Shown: one piece after another, positions 21,150 to 31,577 of the stretch
Position numbering within the stretch: the first letter of the stretch is position 1
Layout of the letters: each line of letters starts with the position of its first letter
Source: Bythopirellula sp.
GTDB lineage: Bacteria > Planctomycetota > Planctomycetia > Pirellulales > Lacipirellulaceae
Reading direction: 5' to 3'
Length of the DNA: 64,000 nucleotides
Assembly: GCA_965216565.1 (NCBI GenBank)
Contig: OZ244170.1
Coordinates: forward strand, 1-64,000
Program-made: the position numbers and the translations under genes
Notes under the pieces: model-generated
Database searches by the model: none
Seen by the model: only the letters and a program-made list of their open reading frames with translations
What the model was told of the DNA's origin: nothing

Positions 21150-21917
21150 ATGGATGCCAAGCACGATGAACCCAGACACGATAAACCCAGGCACGATGGC
21201 CGCAGTCCCGATGCGCTTCGCCACTTCAAGCTAGAACGCGACGTCCCCGGGGCAGCGCCGGGACGCGTGATGGTTAGCGCTGGAAACACCATCGTATGGT
21301 GTACGGCTAGTGTGGAAGAAGATGTGCCACCGTGGTTGATCGGAAAAGGTAAGGGTTGGGTGACGGCGGAATACAACATGCTCCCGGGCAGCACGTCGCC
21401 CCGTAAACGCCGCGACCGCGGCGTGAAACTCGACGGCCGTACCTCTGAGATTCAACGACTCATCGGCCGTAGTCTGCGGGCGGTAGTCGACTTGAATGCG
21501 ATTGGCGAACGTACCATCACCATCGATTGCGATGTCCTGCAAGCCGATGGAGGAACCCGCACCGCCAGTATCAGTGGCGCGTTTGTCGCTTTGGTAGACG
21601 CCCTGCGTTCGATCGACGACCCGGCAATTGCCCAAGCCAAGCCCTTGGTGGACACCGTTGCGGCAGTCAGTGTTGGCGTTGTGGAAGGACAGGTCCTGCT
21701 TGATCTTGACTACTACGAAGACGTGCGGGCCGATGTGGACATGAACGTGGTAATGACCGGCGCAGGCAATTTCGTGGAGGTCCAGGGATCTGGCGAAGAG
21801 GCGACGTTCAATGAAAAGCAACTCTTCGAGTTGATTGCCCACGCACGTATCGGCACAGAGAGTTTGACCAGCGCGCAGAAAGACGCTCTAGGCAATGAAT
21901 GGCCCATGCCGGCTTAG
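21150..21917 (+). CDS. rph: Ribonuclease PH
   Basis: GWVTAEYNMLP, GRTSEIQRLIGRSLR, DCDVLQADGGTRTASI, DMNVVM. Confidence 0.97.
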   Translation: MDAKHDEPRHDKPRHDGRSPDALRHFKLERDVPGAAPGRVMVSAGNTIVWCTASVEEDVPPWLIGKGKGWVTAEYNMLPGSTSPRKRRDRGVKLDGRTSEIQRLIGRSLRAVVDLNAIGERTITIDCDVLQADGGTRTASISGAFVALVDALRSIDDPAIAQAKPLVDTVAAVSVGVVEGQVLLDLDYYEDVRADVDMNVVMTGAGNFVEVQGSGEEATFNEKQLFELIAHARIGTESLTSAQKDALGNEWPMPA

Positions 21918-21943
21918 GCTGACAAACACAAGTTTGCGGGGAA

Positions 21944-24900
21944 CTAGATTCCGCCGCCACCGCCGCCTAAACCGCCGCCGCCACCGCCGAGACCTCCACC
22001 AAGACCACCTCCCCCACCGCCATTGGCCGATTGGGCCTGACCAGCAAAGGTAAACGTGGTGACGTCGCCGATGCCTGTGAAGGATGGCGAGGTCGAGATG
22101 CGGACATACCGCCGGTCAGCCGACACGACGCCCGTTGCGATCATCTGAGTACCGGCCGGGAGGGTGATAATAATTGGTTGGAAGCCAACAGCTCCACCAC
22201 CGCCCAGGGCCAGACGTCGTCTGAGGCGATCGGTTGGGGTCAGCCCAGTGGCTGCCGTTGGATCGCTGAAGTCTGAGATTTGCTGTGCCAACGCAGCCCG
22301 ACTAATTGCTTCCTGTCGCTGAATGGCGACTTGCAATTGCTGTTCTTTCAAAGGCTGCTCGCGACGACCCTCGGGCAATTCGAAAGCCACGACTGCATCT
22401 TCATTGTCGAAGATTTCGATGCGCTGTCGTTCGTGACGTTGCTCGTCGGTGCCATAGCCGGTGTAGACGTCGACGGTCACCTTATCGGCAACAACATCGC
22501 CCCAGATTTTTCGCAGCCGAACCTGATACTTGCCGGGGAACGCTTTCGTACACACATAGTGCTCGCTGAGACCTTCGCTATTCTGCTTCTGCTCGCTGGC
22601 GTAGGAATCGCCAATCGCAACGCCGCCCGCTGTCGAGCGAGGTTGTTGCAGGGAACAGATGCTGCCACCGGGCTCTTCGACCACTAGATCAACGTCTGCT
22701 TCGCCGGCCCAGGAAACTTTGACAATCACGTCCCGAGCCATCGCTCGCTTTATTTCTTCCTGGTAAGCAGCGTAGGCCTCGGTTTGGCCAGAAGCCTGGA
22801 GCTCTTCCAGCGTCGCTTCGGCCACACGTCGAGCGGTGTTGTAGATCTCATGCTGATCTCGGGGCCAAGCGTGGGAAAGAATACCCACAGTCGACCAGCG
22901 AATGCCAGCGGCGTGTTCAGCCCGTTGCGAGGCTCGTAGCGCCAGGGCATAGGCTTCCCAGTGCAATGGGGAAAGCTTGATGACTTGCTGGTACACATCC
23001 ACGGCCCGATTATCCAGACCAAGATGAGACAAGTACTGAGCAATCAACATTAGCTCGTCTGGCGATTTGCTGAAATCGCACGCAGACATGATGGCACGTT
23101 CGATTTGACTGTCGTCTTCGCCCTCGAGCTGCATCGCAATGCCCAGGGTCTCGTACATCCACGATTGGGACTGGCCATGTCGCAGGGCAGCCTGGATGAG
23201 CGAAATAGTTTGCCGTGTGTCACGCTTCTTCATCAACTTCCGCACGCTTTCGCGGACCGCAGCTGGGTCGAGCGTCCCGCCGGCAAATCGCTTGTTCCAA
23301 TCGACGTCGGCACCAGCAGAATGTTGCGACGAAGCCGACTTCGCTTCAGCAGCTTCTGGTTCGTTGATTTCCGTAGCGGACGAGGCTGGCTCGTCGTTGA
23401 TCTTCAGGACTGGTTTCGCAGTTGGAGCCGCTTGCTGGACGTCGTCAGCAACGTTGAAGAAACCGCCGCCGCCACCGCCCTGGCCACCACCGCCGCCGCC
23501 AAAGCCGCCGCCGCCACCTCCACCGAGGCCGCCACCGCCGCCACCGCCAAGACCACCGCCGCCACCGCCACCACCACCAAGGCCGCCGCCGCCACCGGCG
23601 CCACCGACAATGCCGAGGTTTTCAACAGGTAGAACGAGGTCGGCTACAGGGTAGACCTTCACCTTGAGTGTCGCATTGGCCCGATCTTCGGTCGTGATCA
23701 ACAGCACTTCTTCGTCAATGACGTAAGTCAGATCTTCAACACCCGGCTGCTTGAGCATCAAGTTCAAAGCAGAACGTAGCGTCACGTTGCGGATATTCAC
23801 TGTGATTTCGGTATCGGGACTCAACGCCACTTCATCCAGAGCTGCTAGATCCAAGATGATTGGAATGTCGTAGTCTTCCTGCAAGATATTCAGAATTTCG
23901 TTCAGCGGCAGTTCCGTGAAATCAAGCGGCGCCTTCAGCGGCTGGCGAAGGGCAGATTGGATCCGCTCTTCCGAGTCGCTGCTACTGCTAAGATCTACCG
24001 AAGCGTACTTCTTACGTCGATTGGTGAGATCCTGCCAAACCTCGGCATCTGGATAGATGATTGGTGGATTGTCAGGGAATGGAATCGCCGACAGTTGGAT
24101 CTGATACATCGTATCGAAGAAACCCTTCCACCGTGCCGCACGGGCAACTTGTTGTAGATAATCGTTACGCTTCGCTTGTGCCCAAATTCCAGCGACGCGG
24201 GGGGCAACACCGTCAGGGTCCAACTGCTCAGCAACAAAGGCTACTTCCTGGGCTTCCAGGTAACGTTGCTCTTCGATCAGCGCTTCAAAACGCTCCAGTA
24301 GTTGGTCTTCTTTGTCGATTCGTCGCATGAGATCTGCATTGAGCATCTTGCGTTCTCGGATCGCAGCCAGTTCTTCTTCACGGAGCCGATCGAGTTCGTC
24401 CTTGAGCGATGCTTGATAATGGGCTTCTCGCAGGGACGTTTGCAATTTGCTGATAAGCTCGGCACGTTTGGTGGCGTCCAGGTCGGGAGCCCGCTTCACG
24501 CTCTCCAGCGAAAGCTTGAGATCTTGGATGGCCGATTCAGGGTCGGTCGACATCAAGGTGCGGGCATCGATCGTTGCGTTCTCCACTTCCTTGGCGAGCA
24601 ATTCAGCCACGACGCGGCGTTCCTGCTCGACTTGGTCTAGTAGCAAACCACCACTGGCGGTCGCTTCTAGAAGGCCGTCGTCCGCTACGCCGACTTCTTC
24701 GGGCATGATGAGACGAACATCACCCTCGGGCACCACAAATTCTTCGACGACAACATTTTGAACAGTCTTGGCCCGTACATTACCGGGATCGGCCCGCAAC
24801 ACGGTTTGAGCAATCTGCCCGGCCGAGCGTCGATCGCCAGTGGCATAGGCCCGTTCGGCGAGCGAGGTGAGTCGGTCCATGCGGGCGCCAACTAGTCGAG

Positions 24901-26002
24901 CTGTTTCTGCCAATCCCGCCGAACCAACAGTTGGCAGCGAAAGGCCTTCGTCGACGCTAGCTAGATTGACGACTTCGGTCAGATAAGAATTGTCTTCTTT
25001 GGCTTCGGCAGCGTCGGCCGACCAGCTCTGCTCGGTCGCACCATAGTGGCCCTGGGCAACTAGTTCGACGGAGACCGAGTTGGTCAAATCTTCAGGCGTG
25101 ACACCTACTAGAATTGTGTCGCGGTCCGCTCGCAATGGCGGCACGGTTGCGGGATAGGTTTGTCCCAAGGCAGGGTCCAATTCCACTGAGGTAGGCCAAA
25201 GCACGGTCGCTCGGCTCCACTCTGCCAGCGCCTTGCCGGCAAGCTGCGCGTTCCGCAAACTCTCGGCTGGAGCAGGCTGCGAAGATTCGCCGTCGGAATC
25301 TTCCGACCAAGTCAGCGGCGGCTGCACATACAGGTTTCCACCCGTCTGATTGGCCAGAATGGCCAGCAACTGCGAATCGGTCTTCGGGCCAATCGCATGG
25401 CTAGTGACGCTTACTCGGTTTTTCTTCAGTTTTCCGACGAGCTTGTTGAGTGTGGGGGTATCGAGCAGGTTCGCGACGCTCACGCCATCGCCGATGTAGA
25501 CGATACTTCGTTGGTCGGCGTTGGAACTGGCCAGCGCTTCGGAAGCCGCACTCAATGCCGCGTCCATATCAGTCGAGCCCAGCGGAACAATGTTGCGGAT
25601 GCCTGTCGATGCTTTGGCTAGGGCACGGCTATCACCGGCCAGCCAGGAGTCAGTTGTTGGCCGCACATCTAGATCGACGCCCCAAACTTGCACTTGATCG
25701 GCGGGACGCAGATTCGAGAGCAGTGTTTCCAAGGCAGCTAGCGCGACTTCGCGGAACGGACCTTGTTGGCTTGCCGAGGTATCCACCATGACGACAAGTG
25801 CCGTCGAACTGGTTTCTGGCTCAGCAACCTCTGGCATCAGACTTAATGCATAGTATGTCTGGCCATCTTGCGAGAATGTCTCTAATTGCGACGCATCAGC
25901 TGCCGTGGCTTGGTGAGCCAAACAAGACGTAGCGAGAATGACAATTGCAGCCAGAGAAACAATTCTAGATAGTGCTGACGCAACCCAATGATGAATACGC
26001 AT
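21944..26002 (-). CDS. Large secreted VWA-domain protein with secretin-N-like segment, poly-Gly linker and TPR-like helices
   Basis: Signal-peptide-like N-terminus, MIDAS-like DTSAS and YIGDG, LRSALNLML...LLITT...KVYPVADLV segment, C-terminal VVSADRRYVR; GGGAG RBS before ATG 26002. Confidence 0.75.
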   Translation of the reverse strand: MRIHHWVASALSRIVSLAAIVILATSCLAHQATAADASQLETFSQDGQTYYALSLMPEVAEPETSSTALVVMVDTSASQQGPFREVALAALETLLSNLRPADQVQVWGVDLDVRPTTDSWLAGDSRALAKASTGIRNIVPLGSTDMDAALSAASEALASSNADQRSIVYIGDGVSVANLLDTPTLNKLVGKLKKNRVSVTSHAIGPKTDSQLLAILANQTGGNLYVQPPLTWSEDSDGESSQPAPAESLRNAQLAGKALAEWSRATVLWPTSVELDPALGQTYPATVPPLRADRDTILVGVTPEDLTNSVSVELVAQGHYGATEQSWSADAAEAKEDNSYLTEVVNLASVDEGLSLPTVGSAGLAETARLVGARMDRLTSLAERAYATGDRRSAGQIAQTVLRADPGNVRAKTVQNVVVEEFVVPEGDVRLIMPEEVGVADDGLLEATASGGLLLDQVEQERRVVAELLAKEVENATIDARTLMSTDPESAIQDLKLSLESVKRAPDLDATKRAELISKLQTSLREAHYQASLKDELDRLREEELAAIRERKMLNADLMRRIDKEDQLLERFEALIEEQRYLEAQEVAFVAEQLDPDGVAPRVAGIWAQAKRNDYLQQVARAARWKGFFDTMYQIQLSAIPFPDNPPIIYPDAEVWQDLTNRRKKYASVDLSSSSDSEERIQSALRQPLKAPLDFTELPLNEILNILQEDYDIPIILDLAALDEVALSPDTEITVNIRNVTLRSALNLMLKQPGVEDLTYVIDEEVLLITTEDRANATLKVKVYPVADLVLPVENLGIVGGAGGGGGLGGGGGGGGGLGGGGGGGLGGGGGGGFGGGGGGQGGGGGGFFNVADDVQQAAPTAKPVLKINDEPASSATEINEPEAAEAKSASSQHSAGADVDWNKRFAGGTLDPAAVRESVRKLMKKRDTRQTISLIQAALRHGQSQSWMYETLGIAMQLEGEDDSQIERAIMSACDFSKSPDELMLIAQYLSHLGLDNRAVDVYQQVIKLSPLHWEAYALALRASQRAEHAAGIRWSTVGILSHAWPRDQHEIYNTARRVAEATLEELQASGQTEAYAAYQEEIKRAMARDVIVKVSWAGEADVDLVVEEPGGSICSLQQPRSTAGGVAIGDSYASEQKQNSEGLSEHYVCTKAFPGKYQVRLRKIWGDVVADKVTVDVYTGYGTDEQRHERQRIEIFDNEDAVVAFELPEGRREQPLKEQQLQVAIQRQEAISRAALAQQISDFSDPTAATGLTPTDRLRRRLALGGGGAVGFQPIIITLPAGTQMIATGVVSADRRYVRISTSPSFTGIGDVTTFTFAGQAQSANGGGGGGLGGGLGGGGGGLGGGGGGI

Positions 26003-26511
26003 ACAAGCGCTCCCTGTGTGTGCCGCCATAGCGGCGTCGAATTCTGTTCCGGAAACTGGGGTCCCGCAGCGCGGAGCTGTCGCCTCGCGAGCCTGAGAAT
26101 CCCTAGACCTCACCGTATTTACTTATTTTAGGCAGTTATTCAGAGCGCTGCCACAAGAAAGTAGCTCGTTTCAGCGGCAAAAACAATTCAATAGCCCCAC
26201 TGACTCCACCTGCAGGACTTTCGGGTATTGCCCATCCAGGGGGTGTTTTTTTGACTGCTATTCCAGTGTTTGCGGCAGCACCAATGCCACCGATGCGGTC
26301 CGAGGTGTTGCGCATCGGCCACACCCGCCGCTAAGCTGACCTTCCGATTGGTCCGGTTGTAGCGACAGAACCGCTCTCGAACCTCCCCAGACTCTGGCAG
26401 TCCTCCCTGTATTCAAAATGCCCCCTAAGCCATACTGAGGACTTGGAACAAGGACGGGACTGCTTGAGGTGACTGCAATTTCCTGAAATATCCTACCTGA
26501 AACACCCTATA

Positions 26512-26591
26512 TGAGCCGACGGCGCTAGCCGCGGGTAGCCTAAGACCACGTAATTTATCGAAGGCTACCCGCGGCTAGCGCCGTCGGCTCA
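26512..26591. repeat. Family A inverted pair
   Basis: 30-bp perfect arms TGAGCCGACGGCGCTAGCCGCGGGTAGCCT / AGGCTACCCGCGGCTAGCGCCGTCGGCTCA. Confidence 0.9.
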
Positions 26592-26678
26592 AGAGTCTCG
26601 AGATATAGTCGAATTGGTTCGTCCTCCTTCCTGGACTCTTCAACGATCAAGATCTAGAAGCGCAACAAGAAAATCGAA

Positions 26679-28616
26679 GTGATCGCAGCCGAATCAAACT
26701 TTCCTCTGTTTTTTGCACAATTGGCAGCCGACGCTGGTCAGTTGAGTTCTGATGGCTGGATTGCTCTGGGCACGACCATTGCGGTGTTCGCACTGATGCA
26801 GTGGCGACGGGCCGTTTCTGTCGACTTATTGTTTCTCGGCGGACTCGTGGTTGTCACGATCACGGGTGTTCTCGAAACTCCCCAAGCGCTGGCGGGCTTC
26901 TCGAACAAAGCAGTCATCCTTATTGGTGCACTGTTTGCCGCCTCAGCGGGATTACGCACGACAGGCGTTCTCGATTGGATTGGCAATCGCTTACTGGGCA
27001 AAGCCACGACCGAGCGCGGCGCGTTGATCCGATTAACTGCCGTCGCCCCCGTGTCGGCCTTCGTGCTGAACACCCCGTTGGTCGCGATGCTTGCTCCCGT
27101 GGTGGTCGATTGGTGCCGCCAACGCAATATTTCCCCATCGCGAATGTTGATGCCGCTCAGCTATCTCACGATTTTGGGTGGAGTCTGCACCCTGATTGGC
27201 ACCAGTACGACCCTGGTGATCAACGGCAAGCTGGCCGCGTTGTATCGGGCACATATAGACGACGATCCCGAGTTGGCCGCGCGTATTGGCGAGTTGACTT
27301 TCTTTGAAATTACCGGCGTCGGTGTGCCCATGGCATGCATTGGCGTGGGGTATCTGTTGCTGTTCGCTCTGCGGAGGCTTCCCGATCGTTCCGAGCTTAT
27401 GGAGCAATTCGACCAACGGCGGCGCGAATATCTGGTTGAAATGCATGTGGAAAACAACTGCCCCCTGATTGGCAAAACCGTTCAGGACGCCGGCCTGCGA
27501 AATCTGCCGGGGCTATTCCTCATTGAAATCGTTCGCGGCACCGACACCATCACACCGGTCACTCCCCGAGATAAGATTGCCCACGGCGACCATCTCGTCT
27601 TCACGGGAGTCGTGACAACCATTGCCGATCTGGAAAGGATTCCGGGGCTCGTGCCGGCGGCCGATTCGTCATTCGAATCAGTTCCCGCCGATCGGGTACG
27701 ACGTCAACTTACTGAAGTGGTGCTCTCGCGCACGTCGCCCATTATCGGCAAGACAGTTCGCGAGGCTGATTTTCGCAAGCAATACAATGCCGCAGTAGTA
27801 GCCGTGCACCGCAATGGCGAACGACTCACCAACAAGGTCGGCAATATCCGTCTGGAGTCTGGTGACACGCTCCTTCTGCAAACTCGCAACGAGTTTGTCG
27901 AAGCCTATCGCAACAGTCGCGAGTTCTACCTGGTCAGCCGCGTTGGCACTACGGCAGTCCGTCGCCACGATCGCGCCCTGGTGGCGGGCGTTATTTTCAT
28001 GGGGTTGATTCTCTGGCTCACGCTCTGCAGCTTGTGGCCAAACTGGATACCCTGGGGCAATTTGATGGATCCTCAGATCCACGCCATCGTCGCCATCGGT
28101 GCCGTGCTCGCCATGATCGTCACCCGCTGCATGACGATGGCCGAAGCCCGCGCGGCCATCGACTTGCACGTACTGCTGACCATCGGTGCGGCGCTAGGGT
28201 TGGGCGAAGCGCTCGACCGGAGCGGCGCTGCCGAATGGTTAGCGCACGCACTGGTCGACACAACGTCCGCCTTGGGAGTGATGCCCGCTTGGGAGCCTTA
28301 TGTGTTGCTCGCAGTTGTCTACCTAGTCTCGCAGCTCTTTACCGAAACCATTACGAACGTCGCGGTGGCGAGCATCATGTTGACGGTGGCCGTAAACGTT
28401 GCCCTCGTAGGCGAGTGCGACCCACGCCCGTTCATCATCGCCGTAACGCTGGCCGCCAGTCTCAGCTTCATCACGCCCATCGGTTATCAAACCAACTTGA
28501 TGGTCATGGGCCCGGGCGGTTACCGCCCTAGCGACTACTGGCACCTCGGCTGGCCACTGGCCCTGTTGATGACCATCTCGGCGATCGTGCTAATCCCGAT
28601 GCTGTTTCCGTTTTGA
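26679..28616 (+). CDS. SLC13/CitMHS-type permease with two TrkA-C domains
   Basis: LAGFSN, SAFVLNTP, LIGTSTTL, TPIGYQTNLMVMGPGGY, two internal soluble RCK-C-like repeats. Confidence 0.9.
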   Translation: MIAAESNFPLFFAQLAADAGQLSSDGWIALGTTIAVFALMQWRRAVSVDLLFLGGLVVVTITGVLETPQALAGFSNKAVILIGALFAASAGLRTTGVLDWIGNRLLGKATTERGALIRLTAVAPVSAFVLNTPLVAMLAPVVVDWCRQRNISPSRMLMPLSYLTILGGVCTLIGTSTTLVINGKLAALYRAHIDDDPELAARIGELTFFEITGVGVPMACIGVGYLLLFALRRLPDRSELMEQFDQRRREYLVEMHVENNCPLIGKTVQDAGLRNLPGLFLIEIVRGTDTITPVTPRDKIAHGDHLVFTGVVTTIADLERIPGLVPAADSSFESVPADRVRRQLTEVVLSRTSPIIGKTVREADFRKQYNAAVVAVHRNGERLTNKVGNIRLESGDTLLLQTRNEFVEAYRNSREFYLVSRVGTTAVRRHDRALVAGVIFMGLILWLTLCSLWPNWIPWGNLMDPQIHAIVAIGAVLAMIVTRCMTMAEARAAIDLHVLLTIGAALGLGEALDRSGAAEWLAHALVDTTSALGVMPAWEPYVLLAVVYLVSQLFTETITNVAVASIMLTVAVNVALVGECDPRPFIIAVTLAASLSFITPIGYQTNLMVMGPGGYRPSDYWHLGWPLALLMTISAIVLIPMLFPF

Positions 28617-28669
28617 ATGGGGACGTAGCGTTAGGATTGGTGCTTTGCCAATGAAGAACGCGTAGACGT

Positions 28670-28756
28670 GCAGGGTGGTGCCGTTAGGCCCACCGGGAGA
28701 GAGATTTTAGCATCGGCCCCTTCGGTGTGCCGCCGCTTTGATATGGCACATTCCAA
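28670..28756. repeat. GTAG-type REP heterodimer (family D), degenerate
   Basis: Matches 34523-34609 and the reverse complement of 45123-45210. Confidence 0.8.
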
Positions 28757-28894
28757 GCACTTATTTGAAAATAGTCTGCCCAATAAGTTGCAACGGGCAA
28801 TGGAGATAGCTAGGCTTAATTTGTTGGAAGATTCCAATTCTAATAGTAACTGAAAGACCAGAACTAACGCAAAGCCGCTACGAATCGATGCACA

Positions 28895-29740
28895 ATGACG
28901 TCTGCAGGGCGTCAGGAGTGTATGATTCGTAGCGGCTTTTTTTGGGGGATCACCGTGATTGCAGCTAGATGCTATTTGTTAAATCTGTTCGCTGTTTTTT
29001 TCACGCTTTGCTTGCTCTTAATGACTCCTAAGAGCGCACAGGGAAAATCAGTTCAGTTTCAAACGAATGTCGGCAACTTTAGAGTCATCCTAAACCCGAC
29101 TAACAACTCTAACTTACTGCAGTACGTCGAAAACTTTCTGGCTTATGTAGAGAGTGGTCGATATGACAATACAATCATCCATCGGGCTGACGAACTTCTT
29201 GGGAATCCGTCACCCGGAGAATTTGTGGTCCAATGGGGCAGTTTCGTTGCTGACATAACAAAAACCGATCAATTAGGGAGAGACGGTTTCTCAGAAATCG
29301 AAACTTTTGATCCCTTGATCATCGATGCCGACAATGATGGCGAAGTAGATTTTGACACGAGTGGCTTAACCAATTCAGTTGGCACTGTTGCTTTCGCCTT
29401 AACCAGTAATATTAACTCTGCTACAAGTAGCATCTATGTGAACTTAAGCAACAATACGTTCCTAGACTCCGTGGGGTATGTTCCATTCGCAGTCATCGAA
29501 GACCTAACTGTCATAAACACCGTTGCTAACCTCCCAACCGAGGATTTCAGGGCATTGGTTGAGGAAGGTAGATTCAATCTCTCGTATTCCGACGTTCCGA
29601 TCGTAGGACAGGATAATTTTGTTATCGTTTCGCGAGCAATAGTCATTCCCGAACCGGGCACGACGATTTTGTTAATCTTTGCAACGCTATGCTTTGCTAT
29701 ATTTGACCGCAGAGAGAAAGTAGTGGAAAGAATCCATTAG
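28895..29740 (+). CDS. Cyclophilin-like peptidylprolyl isomerase with C-terminal PEP-CTERM sorting signal
   Basis: VENFLAYVESGRYDNTIIHR, FVVQWG, GTVAFA, NSATSSIYVNLSNNTFLD; IPEP + TM + RREK; start uncertain. Confidence 0.82.
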   Translation: MTSAGRQECMIRSGFFWGITVIAARCYLLNLFAVFFTLCLLLMTPKSAQGKSVQFQTNVGNFRVILNPTNNSNLLQYVENFLAYVESGRYDNTIIHRADELLGNPSPGEFVVQWGSFVADITKTDQLGRDGFSEIETFDPLIIDADNDGEVDFDTSGLTNSVGTVAFALTSNINSATSSIYVNLSNNTFLDSVGYVPFAVIEDLTVINTVANLPTEDFRALVEEGRFNLSYSDVPIVGQDNFVIVSRAIVIPEPGTTILLIFATLCFAIFDRREKVVERIH

Positions 29741-29842
29741 CCCCCACTCCCGTCCGCGTGGGAGGCAGAAGGGAAGGGGCTTTTAAAATTCCAAAACGCC
29801 CATCTTGAGTTTCTCCGCGTCCTCTGTGTCCTCTGCGGTAAA
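29741..29842. repeat. Degenerate family B repeat plus 9-mer tandem repeat (CCTCTGCGT-like)
   Basis: CCCCCACTCCCG...GGGAGG...GGGAAGGGG; TCTCCGCGT CCTCTGTGT CCTCTGCGG TAAA at 29812-29842. Confidence 0.55.
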
Positions 29843-29998
29843 TCTTTCCCAGTGACGATCTCTCTCCTGCCGTGCTGTCTGTAGTCGATTTGGCCTATCC
29901 GCCCTTGCCTGAACGATGCCAATGGGCAAGGATCATAGGACAAGTAGGGTTTCCCCAGAGACTGTCTATACAGTTGATTCTAGAAATATGAGCTAGCC

Positions 29999-31144
29999 AT
30001 GAATCGAACCTCCTTCACATGCATCCTTTGTCTCGTGGCCGGAGCGCTGCTCGGCCGGGTAATGATGGGCGATCGATCCGTGCCCAGCATCAGCTCGAGC
30101 GAGGCGACCGCCGCTCCTGGCGACTTCTGGGGCGATCAGCAGGATTCGCCGTTGGAAATGACCGCCGAAGAACGGACCAATATCTTGGTCTACGAACGCT
30201 CCAACCCCAGCGTGGTGAATATCAGCACCCGCACGGTTCGCATCGACGATTTCTTCCGCATGCAGCGCGAAGCAGAAGGCTCTGGCTCTGGGGCGATGAT
30301 CGATCGCGAGGGGCACGTTATCACCAACTTCCACGTCATCGAAGATGCCAGCCGGATCCAGGTGACGCTCGCCTCGAACGAAACCTTTCCTGCCGTGTTG
30401 GTGGGCAAAGATCGCGAGCAAGATATTGCAATTCTCAAAGTCGATGCTCCCCCGGAAAAGCTATATCCCATCACCATGGGACGCTCCGATAATCTTCGCG
30501 TAGGACAGCGCGTTTATGTTTTGGGCACTCCCTTCGGCTGGGGTGGTACGCTAACCACAGGCATCATCTCCAGCTTGAACCGCGATCTTCCCAGTCGTGT
30601 GCCCGGTCGCGACATGGAAGCACTCATCCAAACCGACGCGGCAATGAACCCTGGCAACTCGGGCGGGCCGTTGCTCGATTCTAATTCGCGGATGATTGGC
30701 ATGTGCGTGGCGATTGCTACTAAAACCGGTCAAAACGCTGGTGTGGGATTCGCCATTCCCATCGACCGCATCAAGCAAATGGTGCCCGAGCTCATTGATA
30801 ACGGCCGAATTGTGAAGGCGGATATCGGCGTCACGCACGTGATGGAAACCGAGACCGGTCTGGTCGTAGCACGTCTGGCACCAGGGGGCCCCGCCGAAAA
30901 GGCCGGCCTACAAGGTTTCCGCAAAGTGGTCCAACGTCGCCAACAGGGGCCGGTGGTCTACGAAACCGAGACGGTCGATCGCTCTCATGCAGACCGTATC
31001 TTGGCCGTCGAAGGCGAGCCGATGCGGACCGGCGTGCAGTTCCGCGATAAGATTTGGCAGTACCGCCCAGGGCAGGTTATTAAGCTGACTATTTTGAGAG
31101 ACGGGAGAAGACTGGAAGTTTCGGTAACTTTGGGTTCGAATTGA
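29999..31144 (+). CDS. HtrA/DegP-family serine protease with one PDZ domain
   Basis: GSGSG, TNFHV, DIAILK, QTDAAMNPGNSGGPL, GFAIP. Confidence 0.93.
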   Translation: MNRTSFTCILCLVAGALLGRVMMGDRSVPSISSSEATAAPGDFWGDQQDSPLEMTAEERTNILVYERSNPSVVNISTRTVRIDDFFRMQREAEGSGSGAMIDREGHVITNFHVIEDASRIQVTLASNETFPAVLVGKDREQDIAILKVDAPPEKLYPITMGRSDNLRVGQRVYVLGTPFGWGGTLTTGIISSLNRDLPSRVPGRDMEALIQTDAAMNPGNSGGPLLDSNSRMIGMCVAIATKTGQNAGVGFAIPIDRIKQMVPELIDNGRIVKADIGVTHVMETETGLVVARLAPGGPAEKAGLQGFRKVVQRRQQGPVVYETETVDRSHADRILAVEGEPMRTGVQFRDKIWQYRPGQVIKLTILRDGRRLEVSVTLGSN

Positions 31145-31577
31145 AACAAATATTCACCGAGTCCAGTCTCGACTCCTAAGTCGTTTATTCGCAGCTACTT
31201 CCTAAAATTGCCTACTGCAAATCGAAGACATGTGTCTATTTCTTGCCTTGAACCTTCAGGCTGAACCCGCACAATTTTCCCGAAAGACACGCTTTGGCCC
31301 GGGGGGCAGCGTTGCCCAGGCCATCTGCAATATGAAACGTCACCTACCGGAGACACGGGTCTCCCCCTTCCCACCGACTTTCCTGTCACCCATAAGCATT
31401 CGACGGACTTTGCTACCAGTCACCCACTGGAAATAGATCGACATCCTTGATCACCCCGTCCTTCGATTGCCCAAATCTTGCGAGCTTGCCACGGATAGCA
31501 TTCACAGCTTAGTTGCCTAAATGTGAGTTAGGGAGACTCAATTTCGGCGGCATCTCGCCCCAAAAAGGAGTTTGAAG

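Noticed and set aside
23139..23654. Poly-Pro and Ala/Thr-rich ORFs
   Set aside because: Alternative-frame readings of the poly-Gly tract of the VWA protein.
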